Source of the DNA: Seison nebaliae | Lineage: Eukaryota | DNA length: 37,510 nt | Assembly: GCA_023231475.1 (NCBI GenBank) | Contig: JALJEE010002483.1 | Span: 1-37,510, forward strand | Direction of reading: 5' to 3' | In this document: one piece after another, positions 37,001-37,510 of the stretch | How positions within the stretch are numbered: the stretch's first letter is position 1 | How the letters are laid out: the number at the start of each line of letters is the position of its first letter | Notes under the pieces: generated by a model | Databases searched by the model: none | What the model was told of the DNA's origin: nothing | Seen by the model: only the letters and a program-made list of their open reading frames with translations | Program-made: the position numbers and the translations under genes

Positions 37001-37212
37001 TTTACGTTAGACAAAGATGAACCGAAAGAAATTAAAGTAAAATGGGATACGGAATTAAGAAGTAACGAAGTTTGAAATTTATAGTTTTACGTGTCTAATT
37101 TTTTTGCCCCCAATAGGTAATTCGTCATCATGAATTTAATATTAATGTTAAATCAGAAAAATCTGAAAAATGGAAAATAATTACCTTCTTTTTATTGAAA
37201 ATTAATTCGTAA
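31081..37212 (+). CDS. CFAP74: Cilia- and flagella-associated protein 74 (N-terminal coiled coil plus ASH/Ig-like domains), 32 exons, roughly 1500 aa
   Basis: The spliced frame stays open across 31 short introns. FTGVPFSATPNKIVFEDYD, LEVNFKPIGRLSAGLSCE, DFKICMYDRNYQE and LKNHSILPQEYGFVENPSFVTIKPNNGFGTLLPHET match CFAP74 blocks I recognise. Confidence 0.87.
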
Positions 37213-37272
37213 AAGATTAAATTGTTTTTTTTATTTCGAAAAAAATGAATGAAATTTCAATTGTTAATCAAT

Positions 37273-37510
37273 TACCGTCGTGTGGGGCAATTTAGGAAAG
37301 TGGGGCAACTTTGGAAGAAACTTTTAAAACTTGTATTAAAAGGGATTTTTTAAAGTCAATACCTATATAAATATCCCAGGGGGACCAAGAAAATTTAAAT
37401 TGGATTTATCGAGAATAAATCTTAATATATCCAGAATAAATTTCGATATATTCGAAATTTGGATAAAACTAAATTTATTCAAATTAAAACGGGATATATC
37501 CAAAAAAAAT
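37273..37510 (+). mobile_element. Probable left end of a TA-targeting DNA transposon or MITE (pogo/Fot1-like), running off the window
   Basis: TA-CCGTCGTGTGGGGCAATTTAGGAAAGTGGGGCAACTTTGG: GC-rich start after TA, with direct repeat GTGGGGCAA at 37282-37290 and 37300-37308. The partner end is not in the window. Confidence 0.5.

Noticed and set aside
31081..37212. Fragmented ORFs suggesting stop-codon reassignment, frameshifting or a pseudogene
   Set aside because: Every break is resolved by a short GT..AG intron under the standard code.
1..37510. CRISPR array or prokaryotic defence system
   Set aside because: No repeat-spacer array; the genes are eukaryotic and spliced.

Overview
AT-rich, gene-dense eukaryotic DNA, most likely from a compact-genome invertebrate animal (inference from gene content; species not identifiable from sequence alone), read with the standard genetic code. 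Positions 1-3100 hold a tRNA-Asp(GTC) gene among transposon debris, including a MULE transposase relic. Positions 3575-9010 hold three intronless orphan genes; two are head-to-head and share a BAF/HhH-like domain, one with a long 9-aa repeat tail and the other with an RVxF motif. A head-to-head pair of paralogous small membrane proteins follows (9665-12558), then an ATP8B-type flippase, an SLC7 LAT-type transporter, PIG-C, CstF-77, snRNP27, a secreted protein with class II terpene-cyclase-like motifs (DxDDT) and CFAP74. The strongest signal is the splicing code. Of 60 introns I reconstructed by hand, 53 start GTT and only one starts GTA, +5G is present in 13, and 12 end in AAG. Gene models are manual and lack transcript evidence.
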